Source: Candidatus Margulisiibacteriota bacterium | Lineage (GTDB): Bacteria > Margulisbacteria > WOR-1 > O2-12-FULL-45-9 | Assembly: GCA_043816785.1 (NCBI GenBank) | Contig: JBDRHP010000006.1 | Coordinates: 1-16,354, forward strand | Direction: 5' to 3' | Length of the DNA: 16,354 nt | Shown: piece by piece, positions 16,084 to 16,354 of the stretch | How positions within the stretch are numbered: the stretch's first letter is position 1 | Layout of the letters: each line of letters begins with the position of its first letter | Made by a program: the position numbers and the translations under genes | The notes under the pieces: model-generated | Database searches by the model: none | What the model was told of the DNA's origin: nothing | What the model saw: only the letters and a program-made list of their open reading frames with translations

Positions 16084-16354
16084 CTATACTCTGGCAATAT
16101 CCCTATTGATCTGTGCCTGGAGTTTCTCTACATCAGAGAACTGCAATTCATCCCGCAGCCTTTTGGTCAAACTGACCTTTAATGATTTTCCGCGAATATT
16201 ACGGTGGAAATTCAAAATATGGACCTCAACAACGGTCTGATCAGTGCCAAATGTTGGCCGCGCGCCAATATTTACAACACATTTTTTGCCCTGCCTGCCG
16301 GCAGGCAGGCCATTTACCTGCCCGGCATAGACCCCGTGAGCTGGAATAAGCTTA
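16084..16354 (-). CDS. ribF: Riboflavin kinase/FAD synthetase, 3' part (partial; not in the ORF track)
   Basis: Manual translation: KLIPAHGVYAGQVNGLPAGRQGKKCVVNIGARPTFGTDQTVVEVHILNFHRNIRGKSLKVSLTKRLRDELQFSDVEKLQAQINRDIARV*, with GVY, NIGxRPTF, EVHIL and LRDE motifs; conserved ribF-rpsO-pnp synteny. Confidence 0.93.
   Translation of the reverse strand, partial: KLIPAHGVYAGQVNGLPAGRQGKKCVVNIGARPTFGTDQTVVEVHILNFHRNIRGKSLKVSLTKRLRDELQFSDVEKLQAQINRDIARV
16290..16309. repeat. Perfect 20-bp palindrome in frame within ribF
   Basis: CCTGCCTGCC|GGCAGGCAGG, with GCC repeated 21 bp apart (16288-16290 and 16309-16311). Confidence 0.85.

Overview
Bacterial window, mostly housekeeping genes, from a diderm organism (beta-barrel proteins plus SLH domains). 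A lineage such as Margulisbacteria/Saganbacteria is my unverified impression. Left to right: the end of a probable transposon (3' tail of an ORF, two 18-bp repeats, terminal TGT) that truncates uvrB (-); a divergent carbamate-kinase-like gene (+); coaE (-); a three-gene envelope operon (+); then comEC, comEA, a lytic transglycosylase, pnp, rpsO and the 3' end of ribF (all -). The operon encodes a FadL/PorV-like beta-barrel, an 893-aa secreted protein with an apparently dead metallophosphoesterase domain and a T9SS-CTD/FlgD-Ig-like tail, and a PorV-like barrel fused to three SLH domains. The main points of interest are this T9SS-like cargo/shuttle operon with an SLH-tethered PorV-like barrel, the transposon-disrupted uvrB, five promoters placed to give leaderless mRNAs (including rpsO), and several short repeats or palindromes sitting in frame inside proteins.
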